Positions 48,904 to 57,976 of a stretch of 64,000 nucleotides of DNA are shown in pieces. The DNA is from an uncultured bacterium (GTDB lineage: Bacteria > CAYUVA01). The stretch is taken from contig CAYUVA010000004.1 of assembly GCA_964448115.1 (NCBI GenBank), positions 62,001 through 126,000 of the forward strand. The letters are read 5' to 3'. Every line of letters begins with the position of its first letter. Position 1 is the stretch's first letter. A model generated the notes under the pieces. The model made no database searches. It was not told the origin of the DNA and was given only the letters and a program-made list of their open reading frames with translations. A program made the position numbers and the translations under genes.

Positions 48904-50538
48904 GTGAATATGGTTTATTCGATGGAGATCGGACTATATGAAAAGATCCGTAAACTATTAAACAAGGACAATCTATATTGGCTAATAGACAACATCCTGG
49001 ATAGCAAAGCTATCGTTGCCCTATCCAACAAACTGGAGTTTCAATTCAAGGGTATCCGCAACGAGGCGATGCCGAAACATGTACTTATAAAAGAGTTGGT
49101 TGACGAATTCTTCGTCCATTCCGGCTCCGCCGCCCAGATCATAAAGACCCTGACCAGGGCGACTAGCGATAAGATCAACGAGGTATCTAATCTTCGCCTT
49201 AGAGATATCAGGCACCATCTTGAAGAAAAGCTATCCGATCCTATAAATAGGCTCAAACAAGCGCCTTTCATCTGGTCGATCCTGGTCGATAATCGAAAGG
49301 AGGTCAGCTCCCTGGTAGTCGATGCCCTGTATGAAATCAAGGAAGGGCACTCCGATAATAAAAGTGAAAAAAGCCCCCCACTGATACAGAGCCAGGAGAT
49401 AGATCATAAGATAACCATAATTGATGGTATTGATAACGATGAACTAGATGCAGATGATATTGAATTCCCGGACGAGACCCACCACTTGCTCCAGGATTAC
49501 ACTCTTATCAGGGAAAAACAACAATTGATAGAGCTGCTCGAGGAGAAGGATCGCGAGATCGTAAGATTGAAGAGAAAAGAGCGTAAAGCACAGTACAAGA
49601 TCGAGAAACTGAGGACTTCAACTTCCACTAAACAAGCAAAACAGCGATCCAAGAAGGAAAAGCAAGGTCTTCTCCAGGAGAACCAGAAGCTGCGCCAACA
49701 GCGGGAGGAGATGGCTAAAAAGCTGGACCTTCTGCCCGACCTGCAAGCCCGCATTTCCCAACTTGAGGAGATCTTGAAGCAGAAAGATAAGCAAATCGAG
49801 GCTCTTGAAAGGGAACTATTCAGATTGAAAAAAGCAAAAGACCAGACTGAGCAGCTAAGCTCAAAGATAGCATTGGCAGAGGAGGAAATCGCCTCGCTGA
49901 GGGTCAACACCATCAATCACCTTAGCGACATCATAGATATTCAGAAGGATTTTTATAACAACATCGACCGCACTAAGGATCTGGTTGCCACCTGCCTTGA
50001 AAAGCTGCAAAAGGAAAAGACGCTGCTGGTGGATAGAATCCGAAAAGTGAAGGATCCATCACAAATGCGCTGCGGTATCTTCGTGGATGTGCAGAATATG
50101 TTCTACGCGGCAAAGAAGCAGTACAAGGGGAAGTTGAACTATCAGTTCTTGCTCGAGGTGGCGAGGAGAAAGCGCCCGTTATCGATCGCTGTCGCCTATA
50201 TAATACAGACCCAGGATGTTGATCAAAGCAGCTTCATCGCCCTGTTGGAGCACTGTGGGTACGAGGTCAAATCAAAGGATCTGAAGACTCGCATCGACGG
50301 CTCTGCAAAGGGGGACTGGGATATGGAGATGGCAATGGATATCATGTCCATGGTCGATAAGCTCGATGTTGTGGTCCTGGTCAGCGGCGATGGCGACTTC
50401 GTGCCCTTGGTCAAGAAACTACAAAGCTATGGGATCATAGTCGAGGTCATGGCATTCGAGAACAATACCAGCCAGGAACTCAAGGAGGTTGCCGATAAGT
50501 ATACCTCCATGGGAGAAGAACTCATACTACAGTGCTAG
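48904..50538 (+). CDS. Coiled-coil protein with C-terminal NYN (LabA/DUF88) domain
   Basis: IFVDVQNMFY, KGDWDM..A.D, LVSGDGDFVPL; long K/E-rich coiled coil. Confidence 0.88.
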   Translation: MNMVYSMEIGLYEKIRKLLNKDNLYWLIDNILDSKAIVALSNKLEFQFKGIRNEAMPKHVLIKELVDEFFVHSGSAAQIIKTLTRATSDKINEVSNLRLRDIRHHLEEKLSDPINRLKQAPFIWSILVDNRKEVSSLVVDALYEIKEGHSDNKSEKSPPLIQSQEIDHKITIIDGIDNDELDADDIEFPDETHHLLQDYTLIREKQQLIELLEEKDREIVRLKRKERKAQYKIEKLRTSTSTKQAKQRSKKEKQGLLQENQKLRQQREEMAKKLDLLPDLQARISQLEEILKQKDKQIEALERELFRLKKAKDQTEQLSSKIALAEEEIASLRVNTINHLSDIIDIQKDFYNNIDRTKDLVATCLEKLQKEKTLLVDRIRKVKDPSQMRCGIFVDVQNMFYAAKKQYKGKLNYQFLLEVARRKRPLSIAVAYIIQTQDVDQSSFIALLEHCGYEVKSKDLKTRIDGSAKGDWDMEMAMDIMSMVDKLDVVVLVSGDGDFVPLVKKLQSYGIIVEVMAFENNTSQELKEVADKYTSMGEELILQC

Positions 50539-50703
50539 CGACTAAAAACATATAAAAAACTCCTTACTTACATGCACTTAGCATGCAGGGATCTATTCTC
50601 GATTTGACAATAGAGATGTAGGTGTTAATATTATTTGAAGACAGGGTATTAAAAAACTGAAACATTCGAGGGGCTTTGTTAGAGTTTCAAGGCTTATTTG
50701 AAC

Positions 50704-52902
50704 ATGGCAGATAAGGGTAATCTCAAACAGGACAGCAAGAACAATCCAACTACTACCCCACTGGTAACCAACAGCCTTGGCGAGTCCAGCTTGTGGGATT
50801 CACATCGATATATCACGCTTCTTAAACAAAAAGCCTCTCTTGATGCGGTTACCGCAGAAAAGATACTCAAGCAGGTGCAGGAACGGATACGAAGGCTCAA
50901 CCTCGCCTCGGTGGAAGAAAGCATGGTATTAAGTCTAATTGCGCAGGTCATGGAGGAAAACAAGCTGGGGAAAAAAAAGCAGAATATACAGCAGATCAAT
51001 ATTATCAAGGCAGATGTAAACCATAGCATAACCCGGGGACATACGACCAGCTCCCTGGGGGGAATACATCCCGGCACCTCGGACCTGGCAATTGCCAACA
51101 TGGTAAAACGAGAATACTCCCTTGAGCAGGTAATGCCGCCAAATGTATCCAAAGCTCATCAGGAGGGGGATATTCATATTCATGGCTTAGGCTTTATCGA
51201 TCGGTTTTATAGCACAATGCAATCGTTGGAGTACCTGAAGCGACTTGGGCTGGATATCCCAGGAGCGCTCAATTGTGCGAAGCCGGCTAAGCATCCATCT
51301 GTGCTCATCTCGCAGATGGCTCGTTTCACCTCTTATTTGCAGTCGTTCTACTATGGCACCATTGCTTGGGATGCGGTGAATTATTATATGGCACCCTTTT
51401 TGGAGCGGATGCCGGATAGCGAGCTTAATCAGGTGGCTCAATCGCTGCTTTACGAGTTTGCGCACCTTGCTGGATTACATGCCTGGCGACCGGTCTTCAG
51501 CGAGCTTCATCTCTACTGGGAGATCCCCCCGCACTTGGAGCATGTACCAGCTTTAGGGAAGGGGGGCAAAGGATCCGGCAAGACCTACTTCGAGTACTCG
51601 GTTGACGCGCAGAGATTCGCCTGGGCTATATTCGATCTTTTATTAAGAGGGGATTCGATGGGCAAGCCATTCATCTTTCCCCGCATCGTTTTGCATATCA
51701 CCGATCGTTTCCTAAAGACTCACGGCGCCATGGATTTCTTGAATCATGCCTGTCGCTCGGCGGGCAAGATGGGCACGGTGGTCTTTTGCTTTGATCGCAA
51801 AGACAAAATCGGCACCGTGGAGAGCTTGCAGGTTGACATAAAGAACGATCCTGGTTTGTTGATGGATCTGATGCAGCCCTGGAAGTTGCGCTTCCACACC
51901 ATGGGGAATGTGAGCATCAACCTGCCTCGAATTGCATATAAAGCCAGGGGCAATACCTCACAGCTTATCGAGCTCGTAAGCCAAACGGTCGATGTTGCAA
52001 TAAAAGCACACAAGGCGAAGAGACAGTTTATAAACAAGCTGATCAATAATGGAGATAAACCACTGTCATTTTTTGCCGAGAAGAAAGATGGGAAAAGATT
52101 CCAGCGCAATGAACGCACCTATTGCTTGATAAATGTAGTCGGGCTGAACGAGATGGTGCAATATCATCTGGGCAAGGAGCTACATGTCGGCGAGGCAGCT
52201 ATCTCAATGGGTGAAAAGATCCTCACCCATATCAATAATCTGCTCGAAAAAGCCTCCCAAAACAATGGAATAAAATTTCTCCTCCATCAGGCGCACTCCG
52301 AGAAGGTTACACACCGCATGGCACTTTCAGACCTGAAGCGCTTTTCAGATGCAGCAAGTAAAGTAATTAAAGGCGATATAAACCAACAGGCTGTATATTA
52401 CACAAATTCAAGCCAGTTCAATATTTCAGCCCCCATCGAACCCTTTACAAAGATCGAATACGAGGGAAGATACCACAAGTTCTTTGACGGTGGAGCCACA
52501 TGCAATATTTGGCTCGGTGAGCAGATACCCGCAAGAAAGAAGATGGCAGAGATCCTGGTAAAGGCACACAAGGAGACCGACTGCCAAAGAGTAGCTTTTT
52601 TGCCTGAGTTCACTATCTGTCCCAAGTGCGATGCGGTTAGCCGCAGCCTACTGCAAAACTGCCCTATCTGCCACTCAAAAAAGATTGAACACCTGGCGCA
52701 GATCGCTGGACACTACGCCCTAACCTCAAGGTGGAACAAGGGAAAGCTCGCTGAACTTAAGGATAGATTTCGCTTCGATAAGTTCCCCAAGGAATCAGCA
52801 AAGAAGGACGACAGCACTGAGGATACAAACGATACTGATACCATAACCATAACCGAGGATGAGATACAGGCTATACTCAATAAGAACAAGAATAAGGCTT
52901 GA
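50704..52902 (+). CDS. Class III anaerobic ribonucleotide reductase (NrdD) homologue with degenerate active site
   Basis: ATP-cone-like N-terminus, AH.EGDIHIH.L, NVSINLPRIAY, GLNEMV, YYTNS, CPKC..CPIC, WNKGKLAELKDR. Confidence 0.88.
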   Translation: MADKGNLKQDSKNNPTTTPLVTNSLGESSLWDSHRYITLLKQKASLDAVTAEKILKQVQERIRRLNLASVEESMVLSLIAQVMEENKLGKKKQNIQQINIIKADVNHSITRGHTTSSLGGIHPGTSDLAIANMVKREYSLEQVMPPNVSKAHQEGDIHIHGLGFIDRFYSTMQSLEYLKRLGLDIPGALNCAKPAKHPSVLISQMARFTSYLQSFYYGTIAWDAVNYYMAPFLERMPDSELNQVAQSLLYEFAHLAGLHAWRPVFSELHLYWEIPPHLEHVPALGKGGKGSGKTYFEYSVDAQRFAWAIFDLLLRGDSMGKPFIFPRIVLHITDRFLKTHGAMDFLNHACRSAGKMGTVVFCFDRKDKIGTVESLQVDIKNDPGLLMDLMQPWKLRFHTMGNVSINLPRIAYKARGNTSQLIELVSQTVDVAIKAHKAKRQFINKLINNGDKPLSFFAEKKDGKRFQRNERTYCLINVVGLNEMVQYHLGKELHVGEAAISMGEKILTHINNLLEKASQNNGIKFLLHQAHSEKVTHRMALSDLKRFSDAASKVIKGDINQQAVYYTNSSQFNISAPIEPFTKIEYEGRYHKFFDGGATCNIWLGEQIPARKKMAEILVKAHKETDCQRVAFLPEFTICPKCDAVSRSLLQNCPICHSKKIEHLAQIAGHYALTSRWNKGKLAELKDRFRFDKFPKESAKKDDSTEDTNDTDTITITEDEIQAILNKNKNKA

Positions 52903-52946
52903 GGCTTGAGGGGAAAGAGTCATTTAACCACACTATTTAAAGAAAC

Positions 52947-53990
52947 ATGCTGAACGAGTTGCCCCAAGGTCCCAGGATAGTTATGCGCTCCACCAACTGG
53001 ATCGGCGATGTAATGATGTCGATGCCTACTATAAGGGCACTTAAGAGCCATCTTAAAGACTGCCATATCACCGTGATCTGTCGCTCCAATGTTCAGCCGT
53101 TGTATTTTTACACCTCCTATGTGGATCGATTGATCGCCTATGATGCCCAAAAAGGGGTCAAAAGGCTGGCTGGTCTTATCAGGCTTTCTCGAAGGATAAG
53201 GGGTGAGGGCTATGATCTCGCTGTATGCTTGCAGAATGCCTTTGAGGCTGCGCTTCTTTTTTGGCTAGCGAAAGTGCCCAGGCGCATTGGATATGCGGTT
53301 GATATGCGTGGATGGCTGCTTACTGACAGGATAGAACGGGCATCAAATTATAGGGAGCTTTCAGAGATAGAATATTACCAGAGGCTCCTTGAACCGATAG
53401 GCGTCAGAGATATCGAGGTAAAAAACCGCCTGGAGCTGGATGATTTGGAGATTCGGCTGGTAAAGGAGTTACTTTATATCAAAGGCGTAAACCATAAAGA
53501 TCGCCTGATAGCTATCGCCCCCGGTGCTGCTTATGGAACCGCCAAGCGATGGCTAACCGATCGCTTCGCCGAGGTGGCTAGCAGACTGACGGAACAAAAG
53601 GATACAAAGGTCATCCTGCTCGGTTCCAAAAAGGAGGGTGAACTGGGAACAAGGATCATTGAGCTTTGCCAAAACAAGCCGATCGATCTTATTGGAAAAA
53701 CGACCCTTAGAGAGACCATTTCTATCATATCGCTTTGTAGCTTGCTGATTTGTAACGACTCCGGCTTGATGCACATAGCCGCCGATCTTAATGTCCCCCT
53801 GGTGGTCATCTTCGGTCCAACGATTCCATCTGGAACAGCCCCACGAGGGGATAATGTACAAGTTCTACATAAACCAAGTGTCATCGATTGTCAGCCGTGC
53901 AAAAAAAGAGACTGCGATCGTGAACATGAATGTATGAAGGCAATCTCGACCGATGAGGTGATGGAGGCTGCGCTTAGCCTGTTGGATTGA
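52947..53990 (+). CDS. waaF: LPS heptosyltransferase II (GT9)
   Basis: NWIGDVMMS.P, PGAAYGTAKRW, NDSGLMHIAA, IFGPT. Confidence 0.92.
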   Translation: MLNELPQGPRIVMRSTNWIGDVMMSMPTIRALKSHLKDCHITVICRSNVQPLYFYTSYVDRLIAYDAQKGVKRLAGLIRLSRRIRGEGYDLAVCLQNAFEAALLFWLAKVPRRIGYAVDMRGWLLTDRIERASNYRELSEIEYYQRLLEPIGVRDIEVKNRLELDDLEIRLVKELLYIKGVNHKDRLIAIAPGAAYGTAKRWLTDRFAEVASRLTEQKDTKVILLGSKKEGELGTRIIELCQNKPIDLIGKTTLRETISIISLCSLLICNDSGLMHIAADLNVPLVVIFGPTIPSGTAPRGDNVQVLHKPSVIDCQPCKKRDCDREHECMKAISTDEVMEAALSLLD

Positions 53991-54654
53991 GCCTGCTTTC
54001 TCCGAAGATCCATGAAAGCACGGTAAAGAGATCCCGCACCTCGGACAAGGCATAAGCCTTTCCTGGCACACCAGGGTTCACGCTCATGGAAAATCCGCCC
54101 TCGATATGCCCGTTTATATCCGGAAGGACACCCCAGATATGAAGGGATAATCGCCTTATTTCACCGCTGATATTGTGATCCCTGTCATGAGCCGGCAGGT
54201 TATCCAAGGCAATCAGCCTACCGCCCATTTGAAAAAAATCATGCAATTTGCCAAGTGTCGCTTTCGACATGGCTAGCGGCTGCACAAGAATTATGCACGA
54301 GGTGGTGAACGGTTCACCAAATTGAATGCACTCTAAAAGTGCCTGCCTGCTGCGGATTTGTTTGATCCGAGAAGCGATGATGTGGCGATCGTCTATATAA
54401 TTCATCCTAAGCGGTATTTTTTTTATTGCATCTGCCCATTTAGTGGGAAGAGCGCCACTCAGATAGTATTCGGTTGAGTCATCAGGACAGTATATTGCTA
54501 GATCATAGTAGGAAATGCTGGCTTCCGGTTGGTTATTGCATGCCGAAAGCAAGAACATGGACGCTATTAAGATGAATATGAATATGGTTATTATGCAATA
54601 GACTCTTTTTGCAAAATAGGTTGCTAGGATCGATTTTTCCCTGTTTGGGATCAC
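53974..54654 (-). CDS. Hypothetical lipoprotein, last gene of the ECF operon
   Basis: Hydrophobic stretch plus LSAC lipobox; overlaps the anti-sigma stop. Confidence 0.6.
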   Translation of the reverse strand: MIPNREKSILATYFAKRVYCIITIFIFILIASMFLLSACNNQPEASISYYDLAIYCPDDSTEYYLSGALPTKWADAIKKIPLRMNYIDDRHIIASRIKQIRSRQALLECIQFGEPFTTSCIILVQPLAMSKATLGKLHDFFQMGGRLIALDNLPAHDRDHNISGEIRRLSLHIWGVLPDINGHIEGGFSMSVNPGVPGKAYALSEVRDLFTVLSWIFGESRLNPTG

Positions 54655-55265
54655 TTGTAGGAGGCAGCCTCTGCCCTCTGGTCGTAAGGATTATTTATTA
54701 TTAGACGCTGGTTCTTGGAGTTTTCCAATTGCTCGGCAATCTGCTTGAATCTCTGGATAGTCCTTTGAAGATTCTTCTCGTCCTGGAGTATATTATGATC
54801 TATCTGTGCCATAGGATAGCTATCTATGGGTGTTTGTTGTGCTGGTTGTGCTGTTTGGGGTATCAAAGTCTGTTGATTGCTATTCCGCCTGGCAGCGGTC
54901 AGGTTGAGGTCACTATTGCCTAGTGGATTTGCCAGGATGAGCAATAGGATCATTAACATTATTCCTGCGATGGATACTACCCGTACAGGATTCCATATCC
55001 CGGCGCCCTTTTTTGCAGGGGAAGTCCTTGGATGCTCAGTGGCGGAGGCAATTATCTTCCTTTTCACAGACAGGTTGAAATCGATAGGAACATCCACTTG
55101 CTTGCTGTTTTGCAGGGCTTCTAGGACGAGCTGTGCAGCCTTCAACGAGGTAAAGCAGTCCTTGCAGTCCTGCAGGTGCTCCTCTACCCGTGCTTCCTTT
55201 TGAGGCTTCAGTTGCCCTTCCAGGAATCTGAAGATGTTCCTTTTAACCCAACCGCATTTCATCAC
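54651..55265 (-). CDS. Zinc-binding (ZAS, zf-HC2) transmembrane anti-sigma factor
   Basis: C.....HLQDCKDC, single TM, follows the ECF sigma. Confidence 0.88.
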   Translation of the reverse strand: MMKCGWVKRNIFRFLEGQLKPQKEARVEEHLQDCKDCFTSLKAAQLVLEALQNSKQVDVPIDFNLSVKRKIIASATEHPRTSPAKKGAGIWNPVRVVSIAGIMLMILLLILANPLGNSDLNLTAARRNSNQQTLIPQTAQPAQQTPIDSYPMAQIDHNILQDEKNLQRTIQRFKQIAEQLENSKNQRLIINNPYDQRAEAASYK

Positions 55266-55933
55266 AGGATATCCTCGATTCGATGTTCCAATTTTTTCTT
55301 GAGCATGTTTCGCGCTCGATTTATCCGAGATTTAACCGTTCCGAGGGGCATGTTCAATACCCCGGCGATCTCTTCATAACTCAATCCTTGAATATCTCTG
55401 AGAATTAGTGGCGCTTTGTGTTTTTTAGGCAAGCTCTGAAGTGCTTCTTTGACGATCTTTTGCGTCTGAAGGCGACCTAGGCTCTCATCAGGAAGGTTAT
55501 CCTCGTCTGGAATCTCAACCATCATCTCATCGGACTCATCATTGTTTTGAGGCTTTATCTGGAAGGGGAGGAAGGTAACGATCTTACGCCTTCTAAGCTC
55601 ATTGTAAGCCAGGTTTGTCGCTATCTTGTAGATCCAGGCGTTGAAGGTGGAGAGGAACTTGTATCTGTAGGCTGTCTTATAGACCCTCAAGAATGTCTCC
55701 TGTGCTAACTCCTGTGCTCGATCGTAGTTGCCAAGCAGCCTGTTCAGGTAATTGATTATGGGAGCTTGGTATCTAGCCATGATCTGGTCGAAGGCACGAT
55801 GGTTGCCGTCAGCGATTAGTTCAAGCAGCTCATGGTCGCTCTTTTCTGAGAGGTACTGGCTATCGATCTGTTTGATAGATGCCTGGTTTCTCACCTTGCT
55901 CTCGCCTTTGTCCCCTTTGTTTGCGTTGCTCAA
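55262..55933 (-). CDS. ECF RNA polymerase sigma factor (RpoE/SigW-like)
   Basis: AQELAQETFLRVY, FNAWIYKIATN, GLSYEEIA.VL..P.GTVKSRINRAR. Confidence 0.95.
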   Translation of the reverse strand: MSNANKGDKGESKVRNQASIKQIDSQYLSEKSDHELLELIADGNHRAFDQIMARYQAPIINYLNRLLGNYDRAQELAQETFLRVYKTAYRYKFLSTFNAWIYKIATNLAYNELRRRKIVTFLPFQIKPQNNDESDEMMVEIPDEDNLPDESLGRLQTQKIVKEALQSLPKKHKAPLILRDIQGLSYEEIAGVLNMPLGTVKSRINRARNMLKKKLEHRIEDIL

Positions 55934-55969
55934 GTTTTATCACACCTCCACAAATTAAAAGTTCCCTTT

Positions 55970-56950
55970 TTAGTGGGGGAAGGGATTGAATCCGTATTTA
56001 CCCTCGAAGTGCCTCAAGAGGTAGGGAAACAAGTCCCAACTAATATGCGTATTGAAGCCGAAATATAAGAACAGCTCCACGGCACTCAATGGTACAGCGA
56101 CCAACAGCAACATGGTGATAATCTGCGTGATGGTACTTAATCTATGTACTAACCCCAGCCCGGTAGCTGCCAGCACCAAAAAGTAAATAAACCCAAATAC
56201 CCCAAAATAGGGAATGCGAAGCAATAGCAGGGAAATTGATGAGTAGCATAGAACAGCGATAGTCTCCTTAAGGTTTCCTTTTCCCATGAACACCATTACG
56301 AATAGATGACAGGTGGTCGCGAAACTGACCATGAATATCAGCGCTATCATGGCAAAGATGAAGGAGTCGGTGAATATCCTTATCCAGAAAATCTCTGCTG
56401 GTTGGTTACGCAAGCTGGGAGACAGGGAGTTAATCATAAGCCCAAGCCCAACTGATACCGCGCTAAAAAACAGGAGCGACTCATGGAAGGAAGCTGAAAA
56501 GTCCATTGTCCTGAAAAAATACATCGGCATCAGTAAGACCCTGACTGCCGATTCGATCAAACCCATCTTTTTCCTTTGAGATTGTGATTCTATGAGCAGT
56601 CTTTTCTTTTCCTGCTTGTCTAATTCATACTTGAAACGATCTATCTGTGGCTTAGCTCCTTTTTTGTAAAATTTCAGTTCTACATTTCCGATGTTAAATG
56701 AATCTCCGTTACCAAGCACAACTGGGTCGCTTATCTTTTTTCCCTTGAATACGGTTCCGATAAAGGTTGCACAGTCTTTCAGATAATAATCGCCGCTCTC
56801 TTTCAGGTATATGATCTCTGCGTGGTGCTCGAATGCATTGGTTTCTGGGATCTCGATGTCAGCATTCGGGCTCCTGCCGATAACGCTAATATTATGTTTA
56901 AGATGGACTATCTTTTCCGAGGCATCGTTTTTTATTCTTACATAAGCCAT
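55970..56950 (-). CDS. FHA-like domain plus Yip1-like multi-TM protein
   Basis: IGRS..ADI.I......HA.I, L..GDSF.IG; C-terminal ~5 TM region starting VLLMP..FF. Confidence 0.7.
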   Translation of the reverse strand: MAYVRIKNDASEKIVHLKHNISVIGRSPNADIEIPETNAFEHHAEIIYLKESGDYYLKDCATFIGTVFKGKKISDPVVLGNGDSFNIGNVELKFYKKGAKPQIDRFKYELDKQEKKRLLIESQSQRKKMGLIESAVRVLLMPMYFFRTMDFSASFHESLLFFSAVSVGLGLMINSLSPSLRNQPAEIFWIRIFTDSFIFAMIALIFMVSFATTCHLFVMVFMGKGNLKETIAVLCYSSISLLLLRIPYFGVFGFIYFLVLAATGLGLVHRLSTITQIITMLLLVAVPLSAVELFLYFGFNTHISWDLFPYLLRHFEGKYGFNPFPH

Positions 56951-56965
56951 GATTTAGCATCTGCT

Positions 56966-57976
56966 TCACAGGAGATGATCATATCCTAGAGACGATGGTA
57001 GCTCCGCTGGTTTGCCCTCTTCAAGCAATCGCAAACCCTCACCCTGGGGAGTTATCTCTCCTATAGGAGTAATCCTCGTATTGGAGCAAGATTCATAATT
57101 ACTCATAAATTCTGCCAGTTCATCAGGGGGAACGGTGAAAAGCAACTCGTATTCATCCCCGCTGGAGAGTACATACTTAAGCGGATCTTCCCCCAATACT
57201 TGGGCGATTTTATTACAGTGCTCCCATATCGGCAGCTTTTCGATCTTGATAACTGCGCCTGCTTTGCTTTCCTCGATTATGTGCCTGAGATCTGATAAAA
57301 GCCCGTCGCTGATGTCTATGCAGGCGCTTCGTGAGCAGGATGCTGCGATGCACAATCCTTCCTTGATCCTGGGGGTATGCGCGTAAAATTCATTTATGAT
57401 CTGTCTGTCAGTGCCGGTGATCTCTGTGCTTTGCCTGGTCAGCTCGATGGCTGCGCAATGCCCCAGCGAGCCGGTAACGAAGATTACATCCCCCGGCTGG
57501 GCTGAGCTTCGCATCAGGACCTTATCCTTATGTGCAATGCCATAAACTGCTATTGATATGATAAGCATCCCCGGCTCTGAGGATGTAATGTTTCCGCCGT
57601 CTATATCGACACCATACATCGAGGTTACCTCCAGAAAGCCATCATATAAGCCCTCTACGAATGATAGCTGCGTATCCTTGCTCAAGCCGAGCGAGACCAA
57701 GGCGTATTTTGGCTCACCACCCATTGCCGCGATGTCGCTCAGGTTTAGCATCATAGCCCTGAAGCCGAGCTGTCTAGGGGTAATGCGCCCCAGTACGAAG
57801 TGGCGCCCCTCGATGAGCATATCCGTGGTAGCCAGCGCTACCTTTCCATCTGGCAGTGGCTTGATCGAGCAATCATCGCCAACGGTTGGCATAGGCTGGC
57901 TATGCGCTGCTGTTCCCAGCAACTTCTGCCGAATGCGCCGAATCAGGGCAAACTCGCCAAGCTCACCTATCTTCAT
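56966..57976 (-). CDS. thiL: Thiamine-monophosphate kinase
   Basis: GEFALI, GDDC, TDMLIEGRHF, NLSDIAAMGG.P, DISDGL, GDEYELLFT. Confidence 0.95.
   Translation of the reverse strand: MKIGELGEFALIRRIRQKLLGTAAHSQPMPTVGDDCSIKPLPDGKVALATTDMLIEGRHFVLGRITPRQLGFRAMMLNLSDIAAMGGEPKYALVSLGLSKDTQLSFVEGLYDGFLEVTSMYGVDIDGGNITSSEPGMLIISIAVYGIAHKDKVLMRSSAQPGDVIFVTGSLGHCAAIELTRQSTEITGTDRQIINEFYAHTPRIKEGLCIAASCSRSACIDISDGLLSDLRHIIEESKAGAVIKIEKLPIWEHCNKIAQVLGEDPLKYVLSSGDEYELLFTVPPDELAEFMSNYESCSNTRITPIGEITPQGEGLRLLEEGKPAELPSSLGYDHLL

Noticed and set aside
50606-50626. NrdR box upstream of the nrdD homologue
   Set aside because: Only a partial single match that misses a conserved C.
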